The notes: generated by a model not told the origin, from the sequence alone. A stretch of 64,000 nt of DNA from an uncultured Latescibacterota bacterium (GCA_958295785.1 OY282377.1:198394-262393), one strand, 5' to 3'; positions 55,367 to 64,000 are shown, counted from the stretch's first letter. Numbers and translations: made by a program.

Positions 55367-56671
55367 TCAATCCTCAAAACCCAGTAGTCGGTCAGATTCT
55401 TGCAAAAAAAATGATCTGTAATGCGGCGGGACATTGAGCATATTTGCCATTTTGTCGAAGCGGATATTGTGGACATGGACGACGCGCCCCTTGGGTTCCA
55501 GATAGATCAGCGACACATCTTTGGGGCTGATCGTGCCTCGTCTGATTTCAATGCGCGCGCGGTCGATCAGATAGTCGCTATGCGTTTCAACGATGAACAA
55601 TTGTTTCCCCCGGCTCGCCAATTCAGCGAGTAAAGAAGACAGTTGCGCCTGCGCCTTGGGGTGCAGATAGACTTCGGGCTGTTGCAATAAGAAGGTCGTT
55701 CTCGCGTCTCTATAGATATGCGGACGAGAAATATCGGCGTCCAAGATCTGCACCAAGATCGGCAGTATTTGACTGACGCCGTAGCCCACGTCAATGATAT
55801 TGGCATTGGGGCCTCGCACCTTGACTTTCAGTTGGAAGGGGTCGCCCATAGACCCGCTCAGGTTTTTAATTTCTATGTTCTCAAATAATCCCGAACGCCT
55901 GCCAAATTCGACCAACTTTTGTTTCAAGCCTTCCCATCGCTCTTTTTTTGTCGCTTGCGTCCGCATCAACCGCATCGGCACATCGCTTCCTTCGGGGTCG
56001 TTAAACTCTCGAGTCGGATCATAAGTCCGCTTGGGGCGCGAGCGAATCGGCGAGGTGCTAAATGCGGATATGGCAGACATCATTCCCAGGTCGTTTTTGT
56101 CCATATCCTTTTTTTTTAGATATTTCTCTAAAGCATGTTTGCCTTTGCCTTTCAGCATACGCATCCAAATATGAATAAAGAAGGGTGAAAAGCGAAAAAA
56201 GGGCGGAAAGCCATCACTCATTTCTATGTGGTATTGGTTTTTTGTTGCATCAAAGTCGGTGAGACGCACGCCATCTTTCCCCGTCTCTCCGCGTTTGAAA
56301 ACGATCTCTCCATCTGTGAATTTGAGTGTCATGAACTTGATGGCGGGTTCAAATCCATCCCTCTTTTGGACAAACGCAACGGTATATTCGACATCTTCAG
56401 AATCGCCTTCAAAAGTAAATCCCAGCTTAAAGGCTTTTTCTTTTTTTCGGCTGTTTCTGACGATATCCCGAAAAATGCCCATTGAATAGGGTTGCGTATT
56501 AAAATCTATTTCCCCGCGGTTCAAATAATCTGCCAACACTTGAAAACACGCCAGCATGGTCGTCTTGCCCGTGCTGTTTTCCCCGACCAAAAACGTCAGG
56601 GGGCGAATGTCGAATTGCTGGCGTTCGGCAAAACAGCGCACCTCTTCCATTGTAAATTGGGTGATGTTCAT
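55367..56671 (-). CDS. ABC/SMC-like (AAA_15/AAA_21-type) ATPase
   Basis: From ATG 56671: MNITQFTMEEVRCFAERQQFDIRPLTFLVGENSTGKTT (Walker A)...FLLQQPEVYLHP (Walker B-like)...VETHSDYLI. The ATG overlaps the sulfatase stop (ATGA). The longer tracked ORF (to 57019) is an Arg-rich overlap with the sulfatase. Confidence 0.8.
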   Translation of the reverse strand: MNITQFTMEEVRCFAERQQFDIRPLTFLVGENSTGKTTMLACFQVLADYLNRGEIDFNTQPYSMGIFRDIVRNSRKKEKAFKLGFTFEGDSEDVEYTVAFVQKRDGFEPAIKFMTLKFTDGEIVFKRGETGKDGVRLTDFDATKNQYHIEMSDGFPPFFRFSPFFIHIWMRMLKGKGKHALEKYLKKKDMDKNDLGMMSAISAFSTSPIRSRPKRTYDPTREFNDPEGSDVPMRLMRTQATKKERWEGLKQKLVEFGRRSGLFENIEIKNLSGSMGDPFQLKVKVRGPNANIIDVGYGVSQILPILVQILDADISRPHIYRDARTTFLLQQPEVYLHPKAQAQLSSLLAELASRGKQLFIVETHSDYLIDRARIEIRRGTISPKDVSLIYLEPKGRVVHVHNIRFDKMANMLNVPPHYRSFFLQESDRLLGFED

Positions 56672-58266
56672 TTCGCCGCCTCCAAATAGTAGGGATGGAC
56701 TTTGACCCGCACGGCCCACGCGAGCCATTCGCGCTCGAGTTCTCGTGCCAATTCGGGATGTTCCGCCGAGAGATCGTTGGTCTCGCAGCGATCTGCGTCC
56801 ATATCGTAAAGTGCCCAATCCCGGGTGGGATACCGGGCATTGCCCCGCAGCAATTTCCATCGCCCCCTGCGGATGGCACTGGCGTCGAAGTGATCGAAAC
56901 ACAGGCTGCGCTCGGGCAGGTCGCGGGCATTGAACACGGGTGCGAGGCTCATCCCCTCTTGCGGGTGAATGCGTTCCCCGTTGCGCGTTTCCGGATATTC
57001 GGCATCGGCGATTTCGCACAGGGTCGGCATGAGGTCAAACAGGTGCATGGGCGTGCGAACCCAGCGGTCGGGTTGCGCGATCCCTTCGGGCCAATGGGCG
57101 ATGAATGGGCTGCAATTGCCGCCTTCATGGTTGTAGTGTTTGTACATCCGCAACGGCGTGTTGCTCAGGCATGACCACGCGCTGCCCACCGAGTGATACG
57201 TGCCCGGCCCGCCGATCTTTTTGAGGTCTTCGCCCGTGTGGAGATGCGTGATTCCCGACCTGCTTTGCACGTCAAATCCAAAAGGGCCCCATTCGTAACA
57301 GGCGCCATTGTCGCTCGTGAACACAATGAGCGTGTTGTCCAATTCGCCCGTTTTTTTTACCAAATCGATGATTCTGCCAACGCCGCGGTCGATATGCTCG
57401 ACCATCGCGGCAAAGACCGCCATGCGATAGGCGAGATCCTCCCGGCGATCAGAAGGCAGATCGGCCCATGCGGGATTCTGCTTGCCGCCATACCCATTTG
57501 CTATCGCGTCGTTTTCTTCTCTGGGCACGAGAGAACGCGCCGTGAATTGCCAGTTCTCGGTTGCCAAACCAGATGCATGCTGGCGTTCATAGCGTTCTCG
57601 GCGCAACACATCCCAACCGCGGCGGTAGATATCGAGATACGAATCCCGGGTTTCCGCGGGTGCGTGTAGGGGAAAATGCGGCGCCGAGTGGGCCAGGTAG
57701 AGGAACCACGGCGCGTCTTTGCGCTGTGCCTGATCGATAAATGCGATGGCGTAATCGCTGAATGCGTCTGTGGCATAAAACGCATCGGGCGAAAACGAGC
57801 GTTCTGGCGGTTGGGATTCGGGATAGCGATGGTAGCGATCCCGCTCCCACTGCGGCGCGCTGTGCCCTTTGATGAACCCGTAATAAGCGTCAAATCCCCG
57901 GTCGATGGGGTCGAGGTGATCGCCGACGTGCCATTTGCCAACGCCATAAGTGTTGTAGCCCGCGGTTTTGAGGACTTCGGCCAATGTGACGCAGTTGTCG
58001 TTCAACCGCCCCAAATACGCGGGGCCCAACTCGGCGGTTCGGTCATTGCCCGTGAAATTGGCGATGCCCGCCTGATGGGAATACAGGCCCGTAAGTAGCG
58101 AAGCCCGCGAAGGACAACAGCGGGCCGAGTTGTAACTCTGCGTGAATCGCAGGCCATGAGCCGCCAAGCGATCCAGATTGGGCGTTCGGATTTCACCGCC
58201 ATAAGCCCCCAGATCGGAATAGCCCATGTCATCCACGAGAATCGCGATGATGTTGGGTTTTTTCAT
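56668..58266 (-). CDS. Cys-type arylsulfatase
   Basis: NIIAILVDDMGYSDLGAYGG...ARCCPSRASLLTG. Confidence 0.9.
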   Translation of the reverse strand: MKKPNIIAILVDDMGYSDLGAYGGEIRTPNLDRLAAHGLRFTQSYNSARCCPSRASLLTGLYSHQAGIANFTGNDRTAELGPAYLGRLNDNCVTLAEVLKTAGYNTYGVGKWHVGDHLDPIDRGFDAYYGFIKGHSAPQWERDRYHRYPESQPPERSFSPDAFYATDAFSDYAIAFIDQAQRKDAPWFLYLAHSAPHFPLHAPAETRDSYLDIYRRGWDVLRRERYERQHASGLATENWQFTARSLVPREENDAIANGYGGKQNPAWADLPSDRREDLAYRMAVFAAMVEHIDRGVGRIIDLVKKTGELDNTLIVFTSDNGACYEWGPFGFDVQSRSGITHLHTGEDLKKIGGPGTYHSVGSAWSCLSNTPLRMYKHYNHEGGNCSPFIAHWPEGIAQPDRWVRTPMHLFDLMPTLCEIADAEYPETRNGERIHPQEGMSLAPVFNARDLPERSLCFDHFDASAIRRGRWKLLRGNARYPTRDWALYDMDADRCETNDLSAEHPELARELEREWLAWAVRVKVHPYYLEAAK

Positions 58267-58273
58267 GTTTCAC

Positions 58274-59233
58274 TCAATTGACGCGGCGTTCTCGTTTGGG
58301 ATAGCCGAGGGATTTATCCACTTCGTTGAAGAGCGGCTCGCCGGCCAAATAGCGTTTGAGATTCTCACAGAAAAACGCCACGGTTCGGTTGTGCCGATTG
58401 GGCGACGCGCCCGCGGCGTGCGGGGTGATGATGGCGTTTTCCATGTCCCACAACGGGCTGTCGGGCGAGAGTGGTTCGCGTTCAAACACGTCTAGGCCCG
58501 CACCGGCGATTTCACCGGATTTGAGGGCTTGGGCCAAAGCGGCTTCATCGACGATGGGCCCGCGCGCGGTGTTGACCAAAAACGCGGTGTTTTTCATCAG
58601 CCCCAAGGTGCGGGCGTCGATGAGTTTTTCGGTCTCGGGCGTGTAGGGCACGGCGATGAACACGACATCGGCGAGTTGCAACCCCTCGTCCAAGCGATCC
58701 ATGCCCCAGATCGCTTCCACGTAATCGGGCTTGTCGCCGCCCTGAATATCCAGCGCGATCAGACGCGCTTCATAGCCCTGCGCGAGTTGGGCGTAGTATT
58801 GGCCGATGCCCCCAAACCCGACGATGAGGATGGTCGCCCCCAACAAATCCGCGAGTGGCGGGCGCTTCCAGGCGTGATCGCGCTGGTGGTGCAGGGAAAC
58901 GTGAAGCCCGCGCGTGAGGGCCGTGGTGAGTGCCCAGGCGTGTTCGGCAACCTGCACGGCGTGCACGCCGCTGGCATTGCACAGGACGATGTCGCTGTCG
59001 GCCACTTCCGGGATCAGGGCTTTGTCCATGCCCGCGCTCGTGGATTGAATCCACTTGAGGTTGGGCGCGGCGCGCACGATTTCGGACGTAAACACGCCAA
59101 AGATGATTTCGGCATCGGCAACGGCTTCGATGGCATTGCGATCATCAACCATCACGACTTCGGCGTCGGGCGCGGTGTCTCGAACCTGTTGGCAAAGTGC
59201 TTCATCAACCGAGGGGTGCAAAACAATTTTCAT
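58274..59233 (-). CDS. D-isomer-specific 2-hydroxyacid dehydrogenase (NAD-binding)
   Basis: GFGGIGQYYAQLA, NTARGPIVDEAAL, and ITPHAAG. Confidence 0.85.
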   Translation of the reverse strand: MKIVLHPSVDEALCQQVRDTAPDAEVVMVDDRNAIEAVADAEIIFGVFTSEIVRAAPNLKWIQSTSAGMDKALIPEVADSDIVLCNASGVHAVQVAEHAWALTTALTRGLHVSLHHQRDHAWKRPPLADLLGATILIVGFGGIGQYYAQLAQGYEARLIALDIQGGDKPDYVEAIWGMDRLDEGLQLADVVFIAVPYTPETEKLIDARTLGLMKNTAFLVNTARGPIVDEAALAQALKSGEIAGAGLDVFEREPLSPDSPLWDMENAIITPHAAGASPNRHNRTVAFFCENLKRYLAGEPLFNEVDKSLGYPKRERRVN

Positions 59234-59452
59234 CTCAAATCCTTTCGCTAAATAAAGGGACGCACAGGCGATAGGGACGACAGGTTGGACAACGCCCCAT
59301 AGCTGCGGCGAATATAGCGATCAAAATACAGGACTCTGGCGGATATATCAAGTTGAATTACAATGCGGATTTGTTTTTACTGTCTCTTAGAAGCCATCTT
59401 AAAATTATGGAGAAGGGAATAAAGCGTTGCGAAAGCGTATTCATCTTAGGAC

Positions 59453-60508
59453 TTACGCAATCACCATTGGAATATGAGGTGCTTTGAGTTGTTGTCTCAA
59501 GAAGTCAGCCAGCCCCCGGTATTTGACTTGATAAATGGTTTGTCCTGTTTGATAGGCCACCTGCGCGAGTCGAATCCAAACTAACATCGCACACCCAATA
59601 TGATTTCGTACCATGCGTGCCAACCGGCATTGACACTTTTCAAGCCCGGTCACCTGTTTGACTTCGCGGTGAAATGGCTCAATTTTCCATCTTTGGTGAC
59701 ACACCTGTTGTACCCCTGAAGAATCGTTTTGAGCATGGTCGTTAGTCACGACATACGCCGTGCGTCTGGCAGCAGACGCCCCCCGGAATAATTTCACTTT
59801 GTGGTCTTTGGGGAACCCTCTGATTTTAATTGACTTGCCTTGTTTGCGTTGCGCTTTCGTCCAAGTTAAGCTATCTACGCGCTGGTAGGGGATTGTGCCT
59901 GCCTCATAGTCCACGCGCCGGTTCGTCTTGAGGGGACAATAATAGGTTTTTTGCATCTGCTCTATGTGTCGCATGACCGTTTTAGTCGCATACCCACTGT
60001 CCATCAAGACCCCGGTAAAAGGAAGGCGCTTCTGATAGACCAACGCAGAGAGCATGTCCTTGAGATGATCCAATTTGGTTTTGCCATCGCCTTGCGGGTC
60101 ATAAATCCGATAGTCAATCAACCAGAACCGATCCTCTTGCGGATTGACATAGACACATGTGACCACCCCGATGCCGTTGATGACGCCTTGGGCGTTGCCG
60201 CTATATTGACGGCGCACTAACGCGATCTTGCGTGCGTGTCGCTTGTCTAAAACCGTGTCATCAAAGATCACATAGCCTTTGGGCGTCAACGCGATGTGGT
60301 CTTTGACGTGTTCCCACACCAAGCGGGGAGGGATACGATCACCGGCGAGATAGCGGTTGATCATATCATGACTGAACCCTTCGCTATGGTCGGCGAAATG
60401 GGTCAGGGTATCGTTGAGGGGACTGCTAAGCAGATACTGACAGTCATCCAAACGCGTCGGTCGGTCCATTGACACCTCCTCAAAGTGATAAATTTTACGG
60501 AATTGCAC
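59453..60508 (-). CDS. IS701/IS4-like DDE transposase
   Basis: VIFDDTVLDKRHARKIALVRRQYSGNAQGVINGIGVV, VLMDSGYA, and RWKIEPFHREVKQVTGLEKCQCR. The start is possibly the internal MDRPTRL. Confidence 0.8.
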   Translation of the reverse strand: MQFRKIYHFEEVSMDRPTRLDDCQYLLSSPLNDTLTHFADHSEGFSHDMINRYLAGDRIPPRLVWEHVKDHIALTPKGYVIFDDTVLDKRHARKIALVRRQYSGNAQGVINGIGVVTCVYVNPQEDRFWLIDYRIYDPQGDGKTKLDHLKDMLSALVYQKRLPFTGVLMDSGYATKTVMRHIEQMQKTYYCPLKTNRRVDYEAGTIPYQRVDSLTWTKAQRKQGKSIKIRGFPKDHKVKLFRGASAARRTAYVVTNDHAQNDSSGVQQVCHQRWKIEPFHREVKQVTGLEKCQCRLARMVRNHIGCAMLVWIRLAQVAYQTGQTIYQVKYRGLADFLRQQLKAPHIPMVIA

Positions 60509-60518
60509 CCTTTTTTAA

Positions 60519-61478
60519 GGGAATTATATACTTGACAACCTAAATCTTCTTGTTAAAGTAATCACGGGTTTTTGGTGTTGAATGCAAGCGCCCTCTGATT
60601 TTCGGCACGCCTGCCCCTAACATCTGGCGTTTCAAAACGTTTTCCTTCGCGTCTTTCAGGAACGGATAACATTTGCATGCGTGGATAAGATTTCCCGTTG
60701 ACTTCCATATCGCCCGCCTGTGCCATAAAGGTTGTTCATGCAACCCCCTCACTGGCTATAAGTTGCTTGTAAGTCAACCGTGCGCCCATCGCCCTATTCA
60801 ACATCTCATCAACACGACTTAAGGTATCACCCTTTTTTCGATTGATGCGAAACACGCAAGCATTCAGGTCCTTTTGCATGTGTTTGTCTGACCAATGGTG
60901 ATGAATACCCATATAGACACGCTTAACCCGTGCCCACAAACTTTCAATGGCGTTCGTATGGACACCATCGCGTTCATATTCGTCGGCAGAAGGATTGATT
61001 TGTTCCCCTTCGTAATCATCCCTCAATGCGCCGTATGCGCTGTTCTCGTCTGCATGAATAGTTGCGCCCGTCAAGACCCGGTTCAACATCTTCTCGTGTC
61101 ATGTTGCCCCTTTTGCGTCCTGTACATGAACCGCCATTGCCTCACCATCTTCCCCTTTTTCCCGCATTCCGAAAGCAACCGATTTACCTCCTGTTCCGCG
61201 ACCCGCATTCAACTTTTTGGATTTATGTTTGTTCTTTTCTTTCCCACCGATGGAGGTTTCATCAATTTCAACGATACCAGACAGAAAATCATCATCATCG
61301 TCTTTGTTGCCAAAAGCGTTTCGTATTCTTCAAGGTGCAAAATACACGCTTCAGGCGTGGCAAACTTCTGTGTGAACGCGACGAAACTAAGCTGCTTTGC
61401 CATCATACACCCCCTTGTTCATTCGTAACTTCTATAAATATAACAAGAAAATTTAGGGTTGACAAGTATATAATTCCC
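60519..61478 (-). mobile_element. degenerate IS1595-family element nested in IS copy 1
   Basis: Inverted ends GGGAATTATATACTTGACAAC (60519-) and GTTGACAAGTATATAATTCCC (-61478) with one mismatch, flanked by the 8-bp direct repeat TTTTTTAA (60511-18 and 61479-86). Confidence 0.8.
60736..61406 (-). pseudogene. IS1595-family (ISXO2-like) transposase, disrupted
   Basis: N-terminal MMAKQLSFVAFTQKFATPEACILHLEE, then a frame change. Next ...FLSGIVEIDETSIGGKEKNKHKSKKLNAGRGTGGKSVAFGM...VQDAKGAT, an in-frame TGA at 61099-61101, then MLNRVLTGATIHADENSAYGAL...HTNAIESLWARVKR. The zinc-ribbon segment expected after the N-terminus is missing. Confidence 0.75.
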
Positions 61479-61503
61479 TTTTTTAACTCAGCATGCGTAA
61501 GTC

Positions 61504-61824
61504 CTAATCTGTTGTTTCCTCGGTTTCTTCAGGTTTCGGATTGACCGTCGGTCTTTCCAGTGTTTCCTCAATTGTCGGCGCGACAATCTTTTTTTTGTCC
61601 TGCCGTCTTTCTATTGTCGGTGCGGTTATGCGCCGCATCTGCCGGTTTTCTTCTTCCGTGTCCGCCAGGTTTTCGATTGTCGGTGCAGTGATGTCCGCTC
61701 TCGCGGTATGCGGAACCGGCATCGGCTCTCCTTCGGCACTGTGTACCCCACCGACAACGGATGCCGCGAAAAGTATCGCTGCCGCGATAACGCTGATTGT
61801 CATCTCCTTATGTACGCTATTCAT
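61504..61824 (-). CDS. small secreted/anchored protein with APTIE repeats, 3' end truncated by IS copy 1
   Basis: MNSVHKEMTISVIAAAILFAASVVGGVHSAEG..., then ITAPTIEN / ITAPTIER / IVAPTIEE. Its TAG stop (61504-06) is formed by the terminal bases of the IS. Confidence 0.4.
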   Translation of the reverse strand: MNSVHKEMTISVIAAAILFAASVVGGVHSAEGEPMPVPHTARADITAPTIENLADTEEENRQMRRITAPTIERRQDKKKIVAPTIEETLERPTVNPKPEETEETTD

Positions 61825-61956
61825 AATTTTTGTTTGGTTAGATGGATAATTACAAGGTGTAAAAAATACTGAAAAAATGTGATCAATTACTTCAAGGGTG
61901 CTTGTCTGCACAACCTATGCCTGCAATGATCGCGTCTAATCAAAAAGATCATTGTA

Positions 61957-63048
61957 TAGGACTTACGCAATCTCCATTGGAATATCAGGTGCTTTGAGTT
62001 GTTGTCTCAAGAAGTCAGCCACCCCCCGGTATTTGACTTGATAAATGGTTTGTCCTGTTTGATAGGCCACTTGCTCAAGTCGAATCCAAACTAACATCGC
62101 ACACCCAATATGATTTCGTACCATGCGTGCCAATCGACATTGACACTTTTCAAGCCCGGTCACCTGTTTGACTTCGCGGTGAAATGGCTCAATTTTCCAT
62201 CTTTGGTGACACACCTGTTGTACCACTGAAGAATCGTTTTGAGCATGGTCGTTGGTTACGACATACGCCGTGCGTCTGGCAGCAGACGCCACCCGGAATA
62301 ATTTCACTTTGTGGTCTTTGGGAAACCCTCTGATTTTAATTGACTTGCCTTGTTTGCGTTGCGCTTTTGTCCAAGTTAAGCTATCTACGCGCTGGTAGGG
62401 GATTGTGCCTGCCGAATCGTCCACGCGCCGGTTTGTCTTGAGGGGACAATAATAGGTTTTTTGCATCTGCTCTATGTGTCGCATGACCGTTTTGGTCGCA
62501 TACCAACTGTCCATCAAGACCCCGGTAAAAGGAAGGCGCTTCTGATAGACCAACGCAGAGAGCATGTCCTTGAGATGATCCCATTTGGTTTTGCCATCGC
62601 CTTGCGGATCATAAATCCGATAGTCAATCAGCCAGAACCGATCCTGTTGCGGATTGACATAGACACATGTGACCACCCCAATGCCATTGATGACGCCTTG
62701 GGCGTTGCCGCTATATTGACGACGCACTAACGCGATCTTGCGTGCGTGTCGCTTGTCTAAAACCGGGTCATCAAAGATCACATAGCCTTTAGGCGTCAGC
62801 GCGATGTGGTCTTTGACGTGTTCCCACACCAAGCGGGGTGGGATACGATCACCAGCGAGATAGCGGTTGATCATATCATGACTGAACCCTTCGCTATGGT
62901 CGGCGAAATGGGTCAGGGTATCGTTGAGGGGATGGCTAAGCAGATACTGACAGTCATCCAAACGCGTCGGTTGGCGCATTGACACCTCCTCAAAGTGATA
63001 AATTTTACGGAATTGCACCCTTTTTTAACTTAGCATGCGTAAGTCCTA
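61957..63048 (-). mobile_element. IS701-like insertion sequence, copy 2 (intact, 1092 bp)
   Basis: Same terminal inverted repeats as copy 1. The flanks are TGTA and TAGG, so there is no target-site duplication. Confidence 0.8.
61963..63018 (-). CDS. IS701/IS4-like DDE transposase
   Basis: 351-aa ORF, near-identical to 59453..60508 with a few substitutions (e.g. VLMDSWYA versus VLMDSGYA). Confidence 0.8.
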   Translation of the reverse strand: MQFRKIYHFEEVSMRQPTRLDDCQYLLSHPLNDTLTHFADHSEGFSHDMINRYLAGDRIPPRLVWEHVKDHIALTPKGYVIFDDPVLDKRHARKIALVRRQYSGNAQGVINGIGVVTCVYVNPQQDRFWLIDYRIYDPQGDGKTKWDHLKDMLSALVYQKRLPFTGVLMDSWYATKTVMRHIEQMQKTYYCPLKTNRRVDDSAGTIPYQRVDSLTWTKAQRKQGKSIKIRGFPKDHKVKLFRVASAARRTAYVVTNDHAQNDSSVVQQVCHQRWKIEPFHREVKQVTGLEKCQCRLARMVRNHIGCAMLVWIRLEQVAYQTGQTIYQVKYRGVADFLRQQLKAPDIPMEIA

Positions 63049-63111
63049 TAGGGGATTATTTGGCAAGTGATAGCAGAATTTATAGAGATCGATTATTCAG
63101 ATGAGGGCAAA

Positions 63112-64000
63112 ATGAAAATTCTCATCACAGGCATCACCGGGCGCATTGGCGGCAACTTGGCCGCTCGGCTCGTCGAACAGGGGCATCGGGTTCGCGGGCT
63201 TGTTTGGCCCAAAGACCCGCGCATTGAAAAGTTCAAGGGCATTGACCTCGAACTCATCGAAGGCAACCTGACCGAATTTGAAGACGTGCAAAAAGTCGTC
63301 GAAGGCGTGGATGTGATCTACCACTTGGGCGCGGCGTTTCAAGGGGGAGGCCCGTTCACGGACAACGACTATTTCGAGATCAACTTGCGCGGCTCATTCC
63401 ACATGCTCAAAGCCGCAACCGCACAAGACAGCCTCAAACAGTTCATCTTTGCCAGCACAGACGCGCTGTACGCCAAATACCCGCCCGAGGGGATGGACAC
63501 CCCCATTCGAGAAGACGCCATGCGCCGAGAGCCGCGCGGTTGGTATGCCCTGTCCAAATCCGTGGGCGAAGAAATGTGCTTTGGGTACTGGCGCACCAGC
63601 GATCTGCCCATCACCATCTTGCGCTTCAGCATGGTGGTTGGCGCAGGCGAAATCCTCGACTTTCCCCAATTTTACCTGAGCAAACTCAAAGCCCTGCCCG
63701 AACTCAAAGCCCTGTGGCGCGGCGAAGAACGCCTGCTGCTCCTCAAAGACATGAAAGGCCGTTCCTACAAAAAACACATTGCAGACGTGCGCGATATTGT
63801 ACACGGCTGCATTTGTGTGTTGAACCAACCAAAAGCGGCCGGTCACGTCATTCAACTCGGTGGCCCGCGTCCATTTACCTGGGACGAAGCCATCCCGTAC
63901 CTGTCACAGCGTTTGGACATCCCGTATCAGGAAGCGGTCTTACACGGCGCGCCCACGCATTACGAATACGATTTGACCAATGCGCGCACCCTGATCGGCT
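63112..64000 (+). CDS. NAD-dependent epimerase/dehydratase (extended SDR), 3' end beyond window
   Basis: Hand translation from ATG 63112: MKILITGITGRIGGNLAARLVEQGHRVRGLV... (GxxGxxG) and ...WYALSKSVGE (YxxxK). Open to the window end, so it is absent from the ORF track. Confidence 0.8.
   Translation, partial: MKILITGITGRIGGNLAARLVEQGHRVRGLVWPKDPRIEKFKGIDLELIEGNLTEFEDVQKVVEGVDVIYHLGAAFQGGGPFTDNDYFEINLRGSFHMLKAATAQDSLKQFIFASTDALYAKYPPEGMDTPIREDAMRREPRGWYALSKSVGEEMCFGYWRTSDLPITILRFSMVVGAGEILDFPQFYLSKLKALPELKALWRGEERLLLLKDMKGRSYKKHIADVRDIVHGCICVLNQPKAAGHVIQLGGPRPFTWDEAIPYLSQRLDIPYQEAVLHGAPTHYEYDLTNARTLIG

Larger units (their letters stand above)
59447..61506 (-). mobile_element. IS701-like insertion sequence, copy 1, interrupted near its right end by an IS1595-like element
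   Basis: Terminal inverted repeats TAGGACTTACGCA (59447-) and TGCGTAAGTCCTA (-61506), flanked by direct ATCT (59443-46 and 61507-10). Length is 1092 bp once the nested element and its TSD are removed, the same as copy 2. Confidence 0.8.

Noticed and set aside
61099-61101. In-frame TGA inside the IS1595-like transposase as possible selenocysteine or recoding
   Set aside because: TGA serves as an ordinary stop for many genes in this window (e.g. at 56668, 14147 and 11856). The same gene also has a frame change and a missing segment, so it is simply a pseudogene.

Overview
This is a bacterial chromosomal window of about 64 kb. G+C is roughly 55-62% in sampled lines, with clearly lower-GC islands. 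Every gene I can support lies on the minus strand except the last, partial one. I found no rRNA, tRNA or CRISPR. Family assignments come from motif recognition by eye, not from searches.

**Left third (1-11.3 kb), housekeeping:** a partial secreted protein, lipA, miaB, queG, a decayed RHH/PIN toxin-antitoxin pair, a Cys-depleted IscU-like protein, rny, an IscA-like protein, peroxiredoxin, SOD, panC, panB and a deoxynucleoside kinase.

**11.3-13.3 kb:** a low-GC two-gene cassette of an ABC/OLD-type ATPase plus a small PD-(D/E)xK-like protein.

**13.3-31.5 kb:**
- A sugar-catabolic operon.
- A surface/extracellular-matrix module: a giant protein of about 3241 aa (dockerin-like, cadherin-like, FN3-like, 10 x 345-bp Calx-beta-like array, three LRR blocks), followed by a chondroitinase-ABC-like lyase with a C-terminal dockerin-like module and an SGNH esterase.

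**31.6-41.7 kb, glycan-biosynthesis cluster:** methyltransferase, B12-type radical SAM, GT4, flippase and two paralogous polytopic membrane proteins. The cluster shows serial duplication scars that carry exact fragments of the giant gene, the propeller-like gene and the flippase gene.

**Right third, accessory patchwork:**
- A HEPN protein plus an unknown partner.
- A tandem duplication of an AAA-ATPase/PD-(D/E)xK fusion gene.
- Two Cys-type sulfatases and an RND efflux pair.
- A second low-GC cassette of ABC-type ATPase, PIN-like protein and a TM coiled-coil protein.
- Two IS701-like copies, one of them interrupted by a degenerate IS1595-like element.

**Best novelty candidates:** the two ATPase + nuclease cassettes.
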